Source of the DNA: a bacterium
GTDB taxonomy: Bacteria > UBA8248
DNA length: 64,000 bases
Direction: 5' to 3'
Assembly: GCA_965213685.1 (NCBI GenBank)
Contig: CBDBZY010000029.1
Location: forward strand, 32,001-96,000
The notes beneath the pieces are model-generated. The model was not told the origin of the DNA. It saw only the letters and a program-made list of their open reading frames with translations, and searched no databases. This document shows, piece by piece, positions 1-9,718 of the stretch. Made by a program: the position numbers and the translations under genes. How positions within the stretch are numbered: the first letter of the stretch is position 1; each line of letters starts with the position of its first letter.

Positions 1-2261
1 CGCGCACTTGAGAGGAAGTCCGCGTGCTCGCCAAGTTGAAGATGGCTGAGCAAACGGCCATAGACGGCTTCAGAGAGCTTCGGGTGGGAGGGATAGCGGT
101 TCATCATGAGCCTGTACAAGCGATTCGCCTCCCTGTAGCGCCCCTCGTTGTAGGACGAATCGGCCGCGCGCAAATATCCCTCGCCCGCCAACGGGGAGTC
201 CGGACGCTTCTCGAGGAAATCGAGAAGTTTCCTGCGCGCCCGGGAGTAGTCGCCCCTGCGAAACGGAACGAGCGCCAGAAGGTATTCCACCTCGGGCGCC
301 GCCTCGCTTCGGGGGTAGTGCTCCAGAAACGCGCGAAAACTCCTCTCCGCCGCGTCAAAGCGATTTCGCCGGAACAACAGCTTCGCCTTCTGGTATAGCG
401 CCTCCCTCGCAACGCCGCTGCCCCTGTATTTTTTCTCCACGCTTTCAAAGGACCGCAGGGCGCCTTCGTAGTCCCTGAGGTTGAAGCGGGCCTCGCCGGA
501 GCGGGCGAGGGCCTCCGCCGCCAGGGCGCCGCGCGGCCCGGCCTCGAAGACGCGATCAAAGGCGAGGGCCGCCTCCTTCCAGTTCTTTTTCCGATATTGA
601 ACCCACGCGCGCCCCCCCAGGGCGCGGTAGAACTCCGGAGCGTCCGCAGGAACCGCGCGGAACGCCCGTTCCGCCTCATCGAGCGCCCCCAGCTCGAAGG
701 CCGCCTCCCCGTACCACAGAGCCGCCAGGGCGTCCCTGGAAATCGCGGCCTCTCCCTCCCGCAAGAAGGCCCAGTGCCTGAGCACGTCGCGGGCGCCGCC
801 GAAATCCTTGAGCCGAAACGCGGCGAAGGCCGTCGCCATCGCAGCGGAACGGGCCGCGTCCCGCTCCGCCAGGCGGTGGGTGGAAACGGGCGGATGATCG
901 GCCCCCAGACGAAGGATGCCGTAGGCGCGCTTGACCTTGTCGAGATGATACAGGGAGAGGCCCTCCACCACCCTCGCGACGCGATAGATTCTGCCGAGCG
1001 GAAACTCGTCGCTGACCCTTCCGGCCAGAACCGACGCCTCCCGGTAGGCGCCCATGCGGAACAGCTTCCAGGCCAGTTGCAGGCGCAGGGCGCCGGCGCG
1101 CGTCTTTTGGCGATGGGTGCGGGAGAACTCCAAAAGGCGCGTCCGCAATTTCCCCAGTCCCCCCCGGGATTTCGGGAGCGCTTCAATCTCGACGGAAAGC
1201 AAGCCCGCCTCGACGGACGCCCGGAGCGGATGCTTCGGGTGACGGCGCGCGAAAAGAGAAAAGGCGCGCTTCGCCTCCCCCGTTCGGCCCAGGAACAATC
1301 GCGTCCAGGCGATGCCGTAGAGCGCCTCCTCCAGCGGCGCGGAGCCGGCACCGCCCCCCTTGGAGCCGAGCGCCTCGGCCGCCGCATAGCGTTTCGCCGC
1401 CCGGGCATAGTCCCCTCTTTTCAGGTGCGTATGTCCGAGAACGACGAGTGCCCGAACCGCCAGGCGTCCCCGGACGTTCGCAAGACCCGTCCATGCGTCG
1501 AGCGCGGCATCGACGGAATCCGCCTGCGCCTGCGCCCAGCCCCTGAGGAAAATCGCCTCCTCATAGGCAAAATCTTTCCGGCTCCACGATTGGCCGTCCA
1601 ACAAATCGAGACACCCCCGGTAATCGCGCGCCTCGCAACGCTCTTGGGCCAGGGCGTAGCGCGCGGCCGCCACGTAGCGCGCGCCGGCGGTCAGAAGCAG
1701 GCGCAGCAAGCGCTTTCTTCGGGCCGTGGCCTCCCCGGCCCTTCCGAGCCGCAGCAGCGTCTCCCCCGCCCAGAACAGGGAGGCCGCGCGCCAGAAGTGG
1801 CGGCTTGTCGTTTTTGTCAGCCGATCCAGCAAGGAGAGGGCCTCCAGGGGGCTGTCTTGCCGGAGATACGCGAGCGCGGCGGCGAATTGTTCGCTCTCGT
1901 CAATAAAAATAAACTCATCCAACAAACCGCCGAGGAGACCCGCGCGGTTCTGTCCCGGTTCTTTCTCCGGCGGAATCGGGCGCGGAGGCAGGCGGACGGC
2001 CGGGATTTCCGGCTCCACAAAAACGGCGGGAAGGCGAACGCCCAGCCGCTTGGGCGGCAAGGGACGCACGCGCGAAGCGATGAGATGCTCGATGCTGGGC
2101 GATTCCACCACAATCTCGGGCAGCGAAGTCGAGAGTTGCGCCTCCCCGGCCGGGCCGCCCTCCTGTGCCCGCGCGGGATTCGCGTCCCACAGATGGCCAC
2201 AGAGGACGACCGCCGCACCCAGCAGTACCCACCGTGAATCACAGGCGGAAAATCGCATCAT
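1..2261 (-). CDS. Large exported tetratricopeptide-repeat protein, partial (runs off window start)
   Basis: Absent from the ORF track because no stop lies in the window. Manual translation from ATG 2261: MMRFSACDSRWVLLGAAVVLCGHLWDANPARAQ (signal-like), a Pro-rich linker, then TPR-like helical repeats (AASLFWAGETLLRLG, EEALYGIAWTRLFLG). GGAGAGG RBS upstream. Confidence 0.8.
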   Translation of the reverse strand, partial: MMRFSACDSRWVLLGAAVVLCGHLWDANPARAQEGGPAGEAQLSTSLPEIVVESPSIEHLIASRVRPLPPKRLGVRLPAVFVEPEIPAVRLPPRPIPPEKEPGQNRAGLLGGLLDEFIFIDESEQFAAALAYLRQDSPLEALSLLDRLTKTTSRHFWRAASLFWAGETLLRLGRAGEATARRKRLLRLLLTAGARYVAAARYALAQERCEARDYRGCLDLLDGQSWSRKDFAYEEAIFLRGWAQAQADSVDAALDAWTGLANVRGRLAVRALVVLGHTHLKRGDYARAAKRYAAAEALGSKGGGAGSAPLEEALYGIAWTRLFLGRTGEAKRAFSLFARRHPKHPLRASVEAGLLSVEIEALPKSRGGLGKLRTRLLEFSRTHRQKTRAGALRLQLAWKLFRMGAYREASVLAGRVSDEFPLGRIYRVARVVEGLSLYHLDKVKRAYGILRLGADHPPVSTHRLAERDAARSAAMATAFAAFRLKDFGGARDVLRHWAFLREGEAAISRDALAALWYGEAAFELGALDEAERAFRAVPADAPEFYRALGGRAWVQYRKKNWKEAALAFDRVFEAGPRGALAAEALARSGEARFNLRDYEGALRSFESVEKKYRGSGVAREALYQKAKLLFRRNRFDAAERSFRAFLEHYPRSEAAPEVEYLLALVPFRRGDYSRARRKLLDFLEKRPDSPLAGEGYLRAADSSYNEGRYREANRLYRLMMNRYPSHPKLSEAVYGRLLSHLQLGEHADFLSSA

Positions 2262-2274
2262 CCATCCCCTCTCC

Positions 2275-4993
2275 TCATCGAAGCAGCGGCTTGCGGTTTT
2301 TCATCCGGAACTCCCGCTCCTGGACCGAGGCCATGTAGGACTCGATCTGGCGGATTCTCGCCCGCGCCCGCCCGATCTCCTTTTTCACGCGGGCGGAAGC
2401 ATTCCCGTCTCCCAGCCCCGCGATGGCCTGATAATGGCGGATGGCCTTCCTCCACTCTCCGCGCGACTCGCGAATCGCCGCCGCCCGCCAGGTCGCCGCG
2501 CGCAGCCATGGGGCGCGTCCTGCCGCAGAACGCATCAACTCCTCGTAAAGCGCGAGGGCTTGCGCCCCCTCCCCGCTTCTCTCCAGCTGGATGGCGATTT
2601 GAAGCCGTGCGGGGCCGGAAATGTTCACGTCCTTTGAGCGGGAGGCGATCCGAAAAGCCGCCGACGCCGCCTCCGGCCTTTTTCTTCTCAGCTCCAGCCC
2701 GCCGAGGCGCAAGGCCGCCTCATCCGCCCGGATGTTCTGCGGAAATGTATCCAAAAAATAGGAGTAGGCCCCGGCAGCCTCCTCGACATCCCCCATGTTC
2801 TCGAACACTTCTCCCAACTCGAGGGCCGCCTCGGCGTCATCCGGAGCCAGGGCCAAAATATGGCGCAGCGCGCCCACGTATTTCTCCAAATCCTTCTCGC
2901 GCAGAAAACACGCCGCCCGCAGCCGGTACAGCCCCGCCTTCTCGTCGCTCGACGCCGCGAGCCGCAGCGCCCGCCCCGATACGCTGATGGCGCGCCCGCA
3001 CTCGTTTTGCCGAAACAGCGCAAACGCCCACAGCCTGAGCCCCTCCCCGGGGTCGGGGGGCGAGAGCGCGTCCCAAGCCGACAGCGCCGCATCCGCGCTC
3101 CGCCAGTCGCGCGAGGCGGCCGCGTCCCGCGCCAGCAAATACCAAACCGACCGCCTCCGGGAAGCGCTCACCTCCGCGTCGCCAGCCAGCGGCAGGAGAA
3201 ACGCCCGCGCCTGCGCCATGCGCCCCCCCGCACGATAGAGGTTGCCGATCTTGAGACGCGCCTCGCGCCGCCACTCTGCGGGGAGAGCGGGCAGCGCGTC
3301 CTGGAAGCGCTTCAGCGCCTCCTCGCGGTCTCCGCGCTTCTCCGCCACCTCGCCCAAACGGTACCGCGCCCGGGCGAGGAGCGCGGGGCGGCCTCCGCCG
3401 GAAACAACCCGGCGGAAATGCGCCTCCGCCTCATCCAGCGCCTCCGCCTTCCACGCGCATTCGGCTCTCAGGAAGGCGACTTCCGGGCGCAGGGGCCGGG
3501 GAACGTATTCTTCGGGAACCGCTTTCGCCAACCGGGTCGCCCGGGCGCAGTCTTTTTGCGCATTGTGGATGGACGCCGCCCGCAGGACGCCCTGATATAC
3601 GGCCCGCTCGAGGCCGGGCTCGATATGTTCTCCCGAGCGCCTCAGCTCCCGGAACGACGCGTGGACCTGCCGATACCGCCCCAGAAGCGCTTCGGGACGG
3701 CGGTTCGCGTCTTTCTCGAGGAGGGCGGCCAGGCGCAAACCCGACCACACCGCCTCGCGCGCGTTCGGGGCGCGGCGGATGACCTCGCGGTACTGGCCCA
3801 TCGCCTCTTTTTTCAGGCCCCGCGGCCAGCAGGCAGGCGGCCATCTGGAACCGGGCGGAGGGGGAAAGCGGCGCGCCCGCCTCGAGTGCGCCGAGTGCGA
3901 ACGCGAGGTGCTCCCTGCCGTCCTCTCGGCAATGACCCGCCTTTTGCACGCTCTGCAGCAAATAGGGGAGATGGGCGCCATCCTCCCGCGGATCGCGAAT
4001 CAACCGCCGATAGGCGCGCGCGGCGCGCGCGTATTCGCCCGCACCCCACCAGGAAGACGCCAAACCCCGCTCCGCCGCCAGACGCTGGGGCGGGGAAAGC
4101 TCCATTTTCAAAACGTCCTCAAACGCGGCGCCCGCCTTTCGGTATTTCTTTTGCGCCAGGAAACTCTCGGCCTGGCCCAGCCTCAGGTCGACGCGCTTTT
4201 GCTCCCCCGCGTATCGCTGGAATACGGACTGGAGCGTCCTCTCCGCCGCGGCGAACTTTTTCAGTCGCAATTGTATATTCGCCAGCCGAATCGCGAAGGC
4301 GCGGGCCCGCGGGTTTTGCGGGAACCGACGCACGACAAGCCGGTAGGCCGCCTCGGCCGCCTCGGCGCGCGGTATGCGGTCCAGGGCGACGGCGCGCTCC
4401 ACGAACGCATTTTCCACGCGCGGGTCTTTGGGGGGCGCGGCCCGGATGAACGCATCGAGTGCGGCGACCGCACCCGGCCAGTCGCGCGCCGCCAACCGGA
4501 GAGCGGCCATCCTGTAAGCCGCCTCTATCCGGTGCCTCCCGGACTGGACGAAGGAATAGGCGCGTATCGCCTCCTCCCTGCTCCCGCTCCTCTCCAGGAG
4601 CTCCCCGATGCGAAATCTGGCTTCATCGGCCCTCTCATACCCTGGATGCCGCCCCAGCAACGACCTGTACGCCGCTATCGCCTCTTTGGGGCGATTGTCG
4701 CGGCGCAGCGCCTCGGCGAGCAAATACCGCACGCGCGGCGCCTCGGCGCTCCTCCCCGCCTTCTGGAGATAGGCCCGGAACGCATCCGCCGCGGGCTCGA
4801 AAAATCCATCCCGATAGGCGTGGAGTCCGAACGCGAGATGGGAGCGCGCGCCCTCTTCCGTTTGCCCGCGCGCCGAGGGGAGGGGCAGGAGCACGAACCC
4901 CGCAAGAGCGAACGCCGCGAGGCAGAGGGCGCTGGGCCTCACCGCCAGGCTCCAGGGAGATGGAAAAGGGCGCCCAGCGGGCCTCCGCGCCAT
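2275..4993 (-). CDS. Large exported TPR protein (~900 aa, YbgF/BamD-like repeats) with one apparent frameshift near 3818
   Basis: ORF 3431..4993 has a signal peptide (LCLAAFALAGFVLLPLPSARG) and TPR repeats up to ACLLAAG. Repeats continue in ORF 2275..3981 from GLKKEAMGQYREVIRRAP. Removing one G from the GCGGGGCCTG run joins the two. Confidence 0.75.
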
Positions 4994-5002
4994 CGACGGG
5001 CG

Positions 5003-5857
5003 CTAGGCATCGTCGCCAGGCTCCAGGGAGATGTTGTCGATCAGTCTGGTCCCGCCAACATGGGCCGCGATGGCCAGGCGGGCGGCCCCGCGGATTCTTT
5101 CCATTTTCGCGAGCGTCGCCGGATCGACGATTTCCACGTAATCCACCCTTGCGCCGGCTTTCCCCAATTCGTCCACGCACGCCTGCACGACATGCGCACA
5201 GAGCCGCTCTCCGGCCGCCACCATTTTTTTCGCACGAAACAGGGCGCCGCTGATGGCGCGGGCGCGGGCGCGCTCCTCCTCCGACAAATAGGCGTTCCTG
5301 CTGCTCAGGGCCAGGCCGTCGCGCTCGCGGATTATCGAACACGGGACAATCTCCACCCCGAGGTCCAGATCATGCGCCATCCGCCGGATCAAGACGAGTT
5401 GCTGGTAATCTTTCTCGCCGAAATACGCCCGATGGGGGAGACATGCGGAGAACAGTTTGAGCACGACGGTGGCCACGCCCCGGAAATGTCCCGGGCGATT
5501 GCGACCGCAAAGGCGCGCGCCCAGGCCGGGCGCCTCCACCCAGGTATCGTATCCCTCGGGATACATGGAGGCCGCCCCCGGCGCGTAGAGGGCGCAAACC
5601 CCCATCTCCCGACAAACCTGTCCGTCCCTCTCCAAGGCGCGCGGGTAGGTCTGATAATCCTCGCCAGGGGAGAACTGCGCCGGATTCACGAAAACGCTCA
5701 CGACGACGGCGCCGCACTCATCCCTCGCCCGGGAGATCAGGCTTCTGTGCCCCTCATGAAGCGCGCCCATCGTGGGCACCAGACCGAGCGGCGCCCTGTC
5801 CCGCCTGAGAGATTCCGCCAATGCGCGCATTTTTTGAGGCGTGTCGACGACTTTCAT
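5003..5857 (-). CDS. panC: Pantoate--beta-alanine ligase
   Basis: VPTMGALHEGH, VSVFVNPAQF, RPGHFRGV, FGEKDYQQ, DGLALSSRN and RLIDN motifs. Confidence 0.97.
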   Translation of the reverse strand: MKVVDTPQKMRALAESLRRDRAPLGLVPTMGALHEGHRSLISRARDECGAVVVSVFVNPAQFSPGEDYQTYPRALERDGQVCREMGVCALYAPGAASMYPEGYDTWVEAPGLGARLCGRNRPGHFRGVATVVLKLFSACLPHRAYFGEKDYQQLVLIRRMAHDLDLGVEIVPCSIIRERDGLALSSRNAYLSEEERARARAISGALFRAKKMVAAGERLCAHVVQACVDELGKAGARVDYVEIVDPATLAKMERIRGAARLAIAAHVGGTRLIDNISLEPGDDA

Positions 5858-5970
5858 CCCGCGTCTCTGGGGAAATGCACAACGGAAGCGAGCGGCGCGG
5901 AGGCATCATCTCAAATATGCGGGGGAAAAGACAAGCGCGCGAAAAAACACAGAGGCTCCGCCGCCGGGCG

Positions 5971-6492
5971 TCATGGCTTGGGGCCGCATTTCTCCCGCGG
6001 CAGTTTCTCCACCCAGGGGCCTCCCGGAGGGAGGGCGGCCAGCAGGCCGGAAGCGGATTGCCGGAGGAGGGGATGAACGAGGTCGGGCGCCACCTCCGCC
6101 AGGGGAGCGAGCACAAATCGCCTCTCGTGCAATCGCGGATGCGGCACTGCCAGCCCCCGCTCGCGGATGATCGCCTCTCCGTAGAAGAGCAGATCCAGAT
6201 CGATCACCCGAGGCCCCCAACGCTCCTTCCGCACACGTCCCATTCCTTCTTCCACGCGCAACAGGAGGGAGAGCAACGCCGAGGGATCCAGCCCGCATTC
6301 GAGCGCAAAAACGGAATTGACGAAGGGAGGCTGCGCGACGGGGCTCACCGGCTGCGTGCGGTAGAAAGAGGAGGAGCGCAGGAGCCTGACCCCCGGGCTT
6401 CTCTGTAGCGCATCCCGCGCGCGCCCTATCTGGCGGATCGGCTCGCCCAGGTTCGCGCCCGCCCCGACGAAAGCAGGCGCCCAGCGGGTCAA
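5971..6492 (-). CDS. folK: 2-amino-4-hydroxy-6-hydroxymethyldihydropteridine diphosphokinase
   Basis: GAGANLG, QPPFVNSV, RWGPRVIDLDLL and VPHPRLHERRFVLAPLAE motifs. Probable TTG start overlapping the dapL stop. Confidence 0.93.
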   Translation of the reverse strand: MTRWAPAFVGAGANLGEPIRQIGRARDALQRSPGVRLLRSSSFYRTQPVSPVAQPPFVNSVFALECGLDPSALLSLLLRVEEGMGRVRKERWGPRVIDLDLLFYGEAIIRERGLAVPHPRLHERRFVLAPLAEVAPDLVHPLLRQSASGLLAALPPGGPWVEKLPREKCGPKP

Positions 6493-7664
6493 AACCCCGC
6501 CTTCTCGATCCGCGCGAGCGCCTCTCGGAGCCTGGCTTCCGGGACCGTCAAGGCCAGGCGCACATATCCCTCGCCCGAGGGGCCGAAACCGTTGCCGGGC
6601 GTCGTGACAACCCCGCAATTTCTCAGAATATGCGCCGTGAACTCGCTCGACGTGAAGCCGTCCGGACACTTTACCCACACATAGAACGTGGCCTTCGGCG
6701 TGGCCGCCTCCAACCCGAGCTTCCGCAAGCCGTCCATCACCACGTCCCGCCTGCCCTGATATATCCTGCGCATCTCGGCCACGCAGCCCTGGTCCGCGCC
6801 CATCGCCTCGATGCCGGCCTCCTGCACCGCGCCGAACACGCCGGAATCCACGTTCGTCTTGACGGCGCCCAGGCCGGCGATGGCCTCCGCGTTCCCCACC
6901 GCGCACGCGATGCGCCAGCCGGTCATGTTGTAGGTCTTCGAGCAGGAGTGGAACTCGACGCCCACCTCCTTGGCGCCGTCGGCGCTCAGGAAGCTGATGG
7001 GTTCATAGCCGTCAAAAGACATTTCCGAATAGGCGTTGTCGCTGCACACGATGATGTCGTACGAACGGGCGAACTCCACGAGTTCGTCGTAGAAGCCCAC
7101 TTCGGCGCAGGCGGCGGTGGGGTTGTTCGGATAGTTGACGAACAACAGCTTGCTGCTTCTCGCCACCTCCGATGGAATCGCGCCCAGGTCCGGCAAGAAA
7201 CCGTTCTCCGAGGTGAGCGGCATGAAATGCACCTTCCCGTCCGCGAAGTATGTCCCGATCTCATACACAGGGTACGCCGGGTCGGGAACGAGCGCATAAT
7301 CGCCGGGGTCCACAAACGCCAAAGGCATGTGGGCGATGCCCTCCTTGGAGCCGATCAGGGAGACCACCTCGGCGCCCGGGTCGAGGGAAACCCCGAATCG
7401 CGACTGGTACCAATCGGCGCAGGCTTTGCGATAGCTGGGCATCCCCTCGTAGGAGGGATACTGATGATTCGAGATTTTCCGCGCAGCCGCATCGAGCGCC
7501 TCGATGATGTGGTCGGGAGTCGGCAAATCCGGATCCCCGACGCCCAGGCTGATGATGTCCATGCCCGTATCGGCGACCTCCTGCTTCATCCTGTCGATTT
7601 CCGCGAAGAGATAGGGGGGCAAGCGCTTCAGGCGCTGCGCGCGTTCGATATGGATTGACGCCAT
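6489..7664 (-). CDS. dapL: LL-diaminopimelate aminotransferase (PLP, class I)
   Basis: RLKRLPPYLFAEID, LIGSKEGIAH, NYPNNPT and HSCSKTYNMTGWRI motifs; lies near dapB/dapF/lysA. Confidence 0.85.
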   Translation of the reverse strand: MASIHIERAQRLKRLPPYLFAEIDRMKQEVADTGMDIISLGVGDPDLPTPDHIIEALDAAARKISNHQYPSYEGMPSYRKACADWYQSRFGVSLDPGAEVVSLIGSKEGIAHMPLAFVDPGDYALVPDPAYPVYEIGTYFADGKVHFMPLTSENGFLPDLGAIPSEVARSSKLLFVNYPNNPTAACAEVGFYDELVEFARSYDIIVCSDNAYSEMSFDGYEPISFLSADGAKEVGVEFHSCSKTYNMTGWRIACAVGNAEAIAGLGAVKTNVDSGVFGAVQEAGIEAMGADQGCVAEMRRIYQGRRDVVMDGLRKLGLEAATPKATFYVWVKCPDGFTSSEFTAHILRNCGVVTTPGNGFGPSGEGYVRLALTVPEARLREALARIEKAGF

Positions 7665-7921
7665 GAAATTCCTCAAAAATGATGATGAACAGAAACCGGG
7701 AGGGCCATCATCTAGGCCGGCCTCCATGATTTGCATGCTGCTTCCCGGCACAGCCGATCAAACGCCGCCGACGACTCCAGCGTCCCCGGCGGGTTTTCCC
7801 GCTCCGTGCGAGGGGAGAACCTAACACGCCCCGAGAAATGCGGCAAGGCTCTCCCCCGGTGCGCGCAAAAACCGGGCGCAAACGCCCTGAAACTTCTTTT
7901 GAAAGATGAACGATCATATTT

Positions 7922-7934
7922 TAATTATTTGATA
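7922..7934 (-). promoter_or_regulatory. IHF consensus site in the AT-rich divergent dapL/ferredoxin promoter region
   Basis: Minus strand TATCAAATAATTA is an exact match to WATCAANNNNTTR. An inverted near-match (ATTCAAACACTTT) lies at about 7949-7961. Confidence 0.4.
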
Positions 7935-8100
7935 TATTCGGTGTTACAATTCAAACACTTTGCGCTTTCACGTTCTTCCTCCCCGTCTTGTGTTTTCGCC
8001 CCCGAAAGTGGTAGCATGTTCCCGCTGGGGAGAACGCCTTGGGGAGGCGAATGACCCCATACTGCCCGAACTTTACCTGGACCTGGAGGAGTGTGCTCCG

Positions 8101-9069
8101 ATGACCCACGTCATCGCTGAACCATGCGTCGGCACGAAAGACACCGCCTGCGTGGACGTATGCCCGGTGGACTGCATCCATGAGGCCGCGGACGGCTCAA
8201 GCCCCATGCTGTACATCGACCCCGACGAATGCATCGACTGCGCGGCCTGCGTCCCGGCCTGTCCGGTGGACGCCATTTTCGCGGAAGGCGACCTGCCCTC
8301 CAAGTGGAGCAAATACACGCAGATGAACGCGGATTTCTTCGCGGGCGGCGGCGTCGCCACAGGCGCGCCGGCGGGGGGCGGGGCACCGGCCGCCGCGCCG
8401 GCGAAAAAGAAGAAGGCGGAGCCGGAGCCCGAGCCCCTGCCCGAGCCTTTGGAGCTCACGTCCGAGGAGATGTACAAGCAACTCTCCGACCTCAGGAAGG
8501 ACGTGGCGCTGAACAGAGGAAAGGGAGAGGATACGGGCGCGGCGAGAAGGTCGCCCGGCCTCGTCTTCCTGGCCGCCGCCGTGATACTGCTGGTGGTGTA
8601 CGGCATCTCCAACAACTTCTCGAAAACCGTCAACACCAGCCTCTACGGGAAGCTGAGCGCCTTTGCGTTGGGAAGCGAAAAACCCACCCTCTCCGGCAGC
8701 ATCTATACCGTCAACCGAACGATCGGGGGCAAGCGATATACCCTCCTGGTGTCCGACTCGATTTTCGGCGGGCGCACCCTGCGGCTGCAGGCGCCGACCA
8801 ACCCGATTCAGAAGATATACCACGAGGACGAGCAGTTCTTCTCCAACGCATCGAACCAATACAGCCGCTACTACCATCTGTACATTGACGACAAGAGCGA
8901 TGGAACGGTGGACTCCATCCTCCAGGTTCGGGAAATCTGGAGCAGGGAGAACCGCTTTCTGGGCCGATACCACAACCCGATTGCGCCAAGCCCGGAATTG
9001 CAGCGATCCTACCAGGAGGCCGCGAAAACGGTTGCGGAGCAGATCGGGATCACGGGATCAGGCGCCTAG
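8101..9069 (+). CDS. 7Fe-type ferredoxin fused to a linker, one TM helix and an unknown C-terminal domain
   Basis: GGAGGAG RBS, then MTHVIAEPCVGTKDTACVDVCPVDCI...CIDCAACVPACPVDAI (C-x7-C-x3-CP and CxxCxxCxxxCP). The frame stays open through an AGP-rich linker, the TM segment LVFLAAAVILLVVYGI and about 150 further residues. Confidence 0.85.
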   Translation: MTHVIAEPCVGTKDTACVDVCPVDCIHEAADGSSPMLYIDPDECIDCAACVPACPVDAIFAEGDLPSKWSKYTQMNADFFAGGGVATGAPAGGGAPAAAPAKKKKAEPEPEPLPEPLELTSEEMYKQLSDLRKDVALNRGKGEDTGAARRSPGLVFLAAAVILLVVYGISNNFSKTVNTSLYGKLSAFALGSEKPTLSGSIYTVNRTIGGKRYTLLVSDSIFGGRTLRLQAPTNPIQKIYHEDEQFFSNASNQYSRYYHLYIDDKSDGTVDSILQVREIWSRENRFLGRYHNPIAPSPELQRSYQEAAKTVAEQIGITGSGA

Positions 9070-9115
9070 AGCGCGAAGCACGAGGAAACCCGGGCACCGG
9101 AAACATCTTCCGCCG

Positions 9116-9637
9116 CTAGAAATCGACCTTGTCCGCCTCGTCGGTCTCCGGAAAAGGCCCCTCCTTGATTTCGATGGCCCGGGTCCCCTCCTCCAGGAAT
9201 TCGATGCGGTGCCCCTCGTACATGAGGATCAAATCGCCGGGCGCCAAGGCCACGTCGGCGACGTGCTCCCCCTCTTTCGCATACACCCCGATGCGCATTT
9301 TCCCGGAGCGGCAGAGCATGATCTGGTGGCGCGTCGCGTTCGTGGGCCGCTCGGTCACCTCGTGGTAGTGCGGCTTCACCACGGCGCCCGGGTTTCTGTT
9401 CAGCATGACGATTTGGAGCGGATGCTCATCCGGCGTCATGTGGGCCTTGGTTCTCCTCTCCGTCTCCGGGTCCGCTCCGGCGTAGGCCTGCGCCAGATGG
9501 GCGCGCTCTGCCTCTGAGTCCAGGAACGGGGGAAACGCCCCGTAGTCATCGAAATGATCCCGGATGATGAGCGCCAGCGTCCTGCCATCCGCAGCCCGCA
9601 CATACTCGACGCCGGCCGCTTCGATCTCCCGCGCCAT
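9116..9637 (-). CDS. RmlC-like cupin-fold hypothetical protein
   Basis: VKPHYH...LAPGDLILMYEGHRIEF...EIKEGPF pattern, similar to small cupins seen in sugar-biosynthesis clusters. GGAGA RBS. Confidence 0.65.
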   Translation of the reverse strand: MAREIEAAGVEYVRAADGRTLALIIRDHFDDYGAFPPFLDSEAERAHLAQAYAGADPETERRTKAHMTPDEHPLQIVMLNRNPGAVVKPHYHEVTERPTNATRHQIMLCRSGKMRIGVYAKEGEHVADVALAPGDLILMYEGHRIEFLEEGTRAIEIKEGPFPETDEADKVDF

Positions 9638-9718
9638 TCCCGCATCTCCTTCCCGTGTTGTGCCCGTGTCGTGGACCTGCCGATAGACTATATCCTCATC
9701 TTCCTTATTCCTTTCGTA

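Noticed and set aside
104-6076. Long ORFs 104..1408, 597..2237, 2860..4449 and 3779..6076
   Set aside because: Antisense or off-frame shadows of real genes in high-GC DNA; Arg/Pro/Gly-rich with no motifs. The same applies to most overlapping ORFs in the track.
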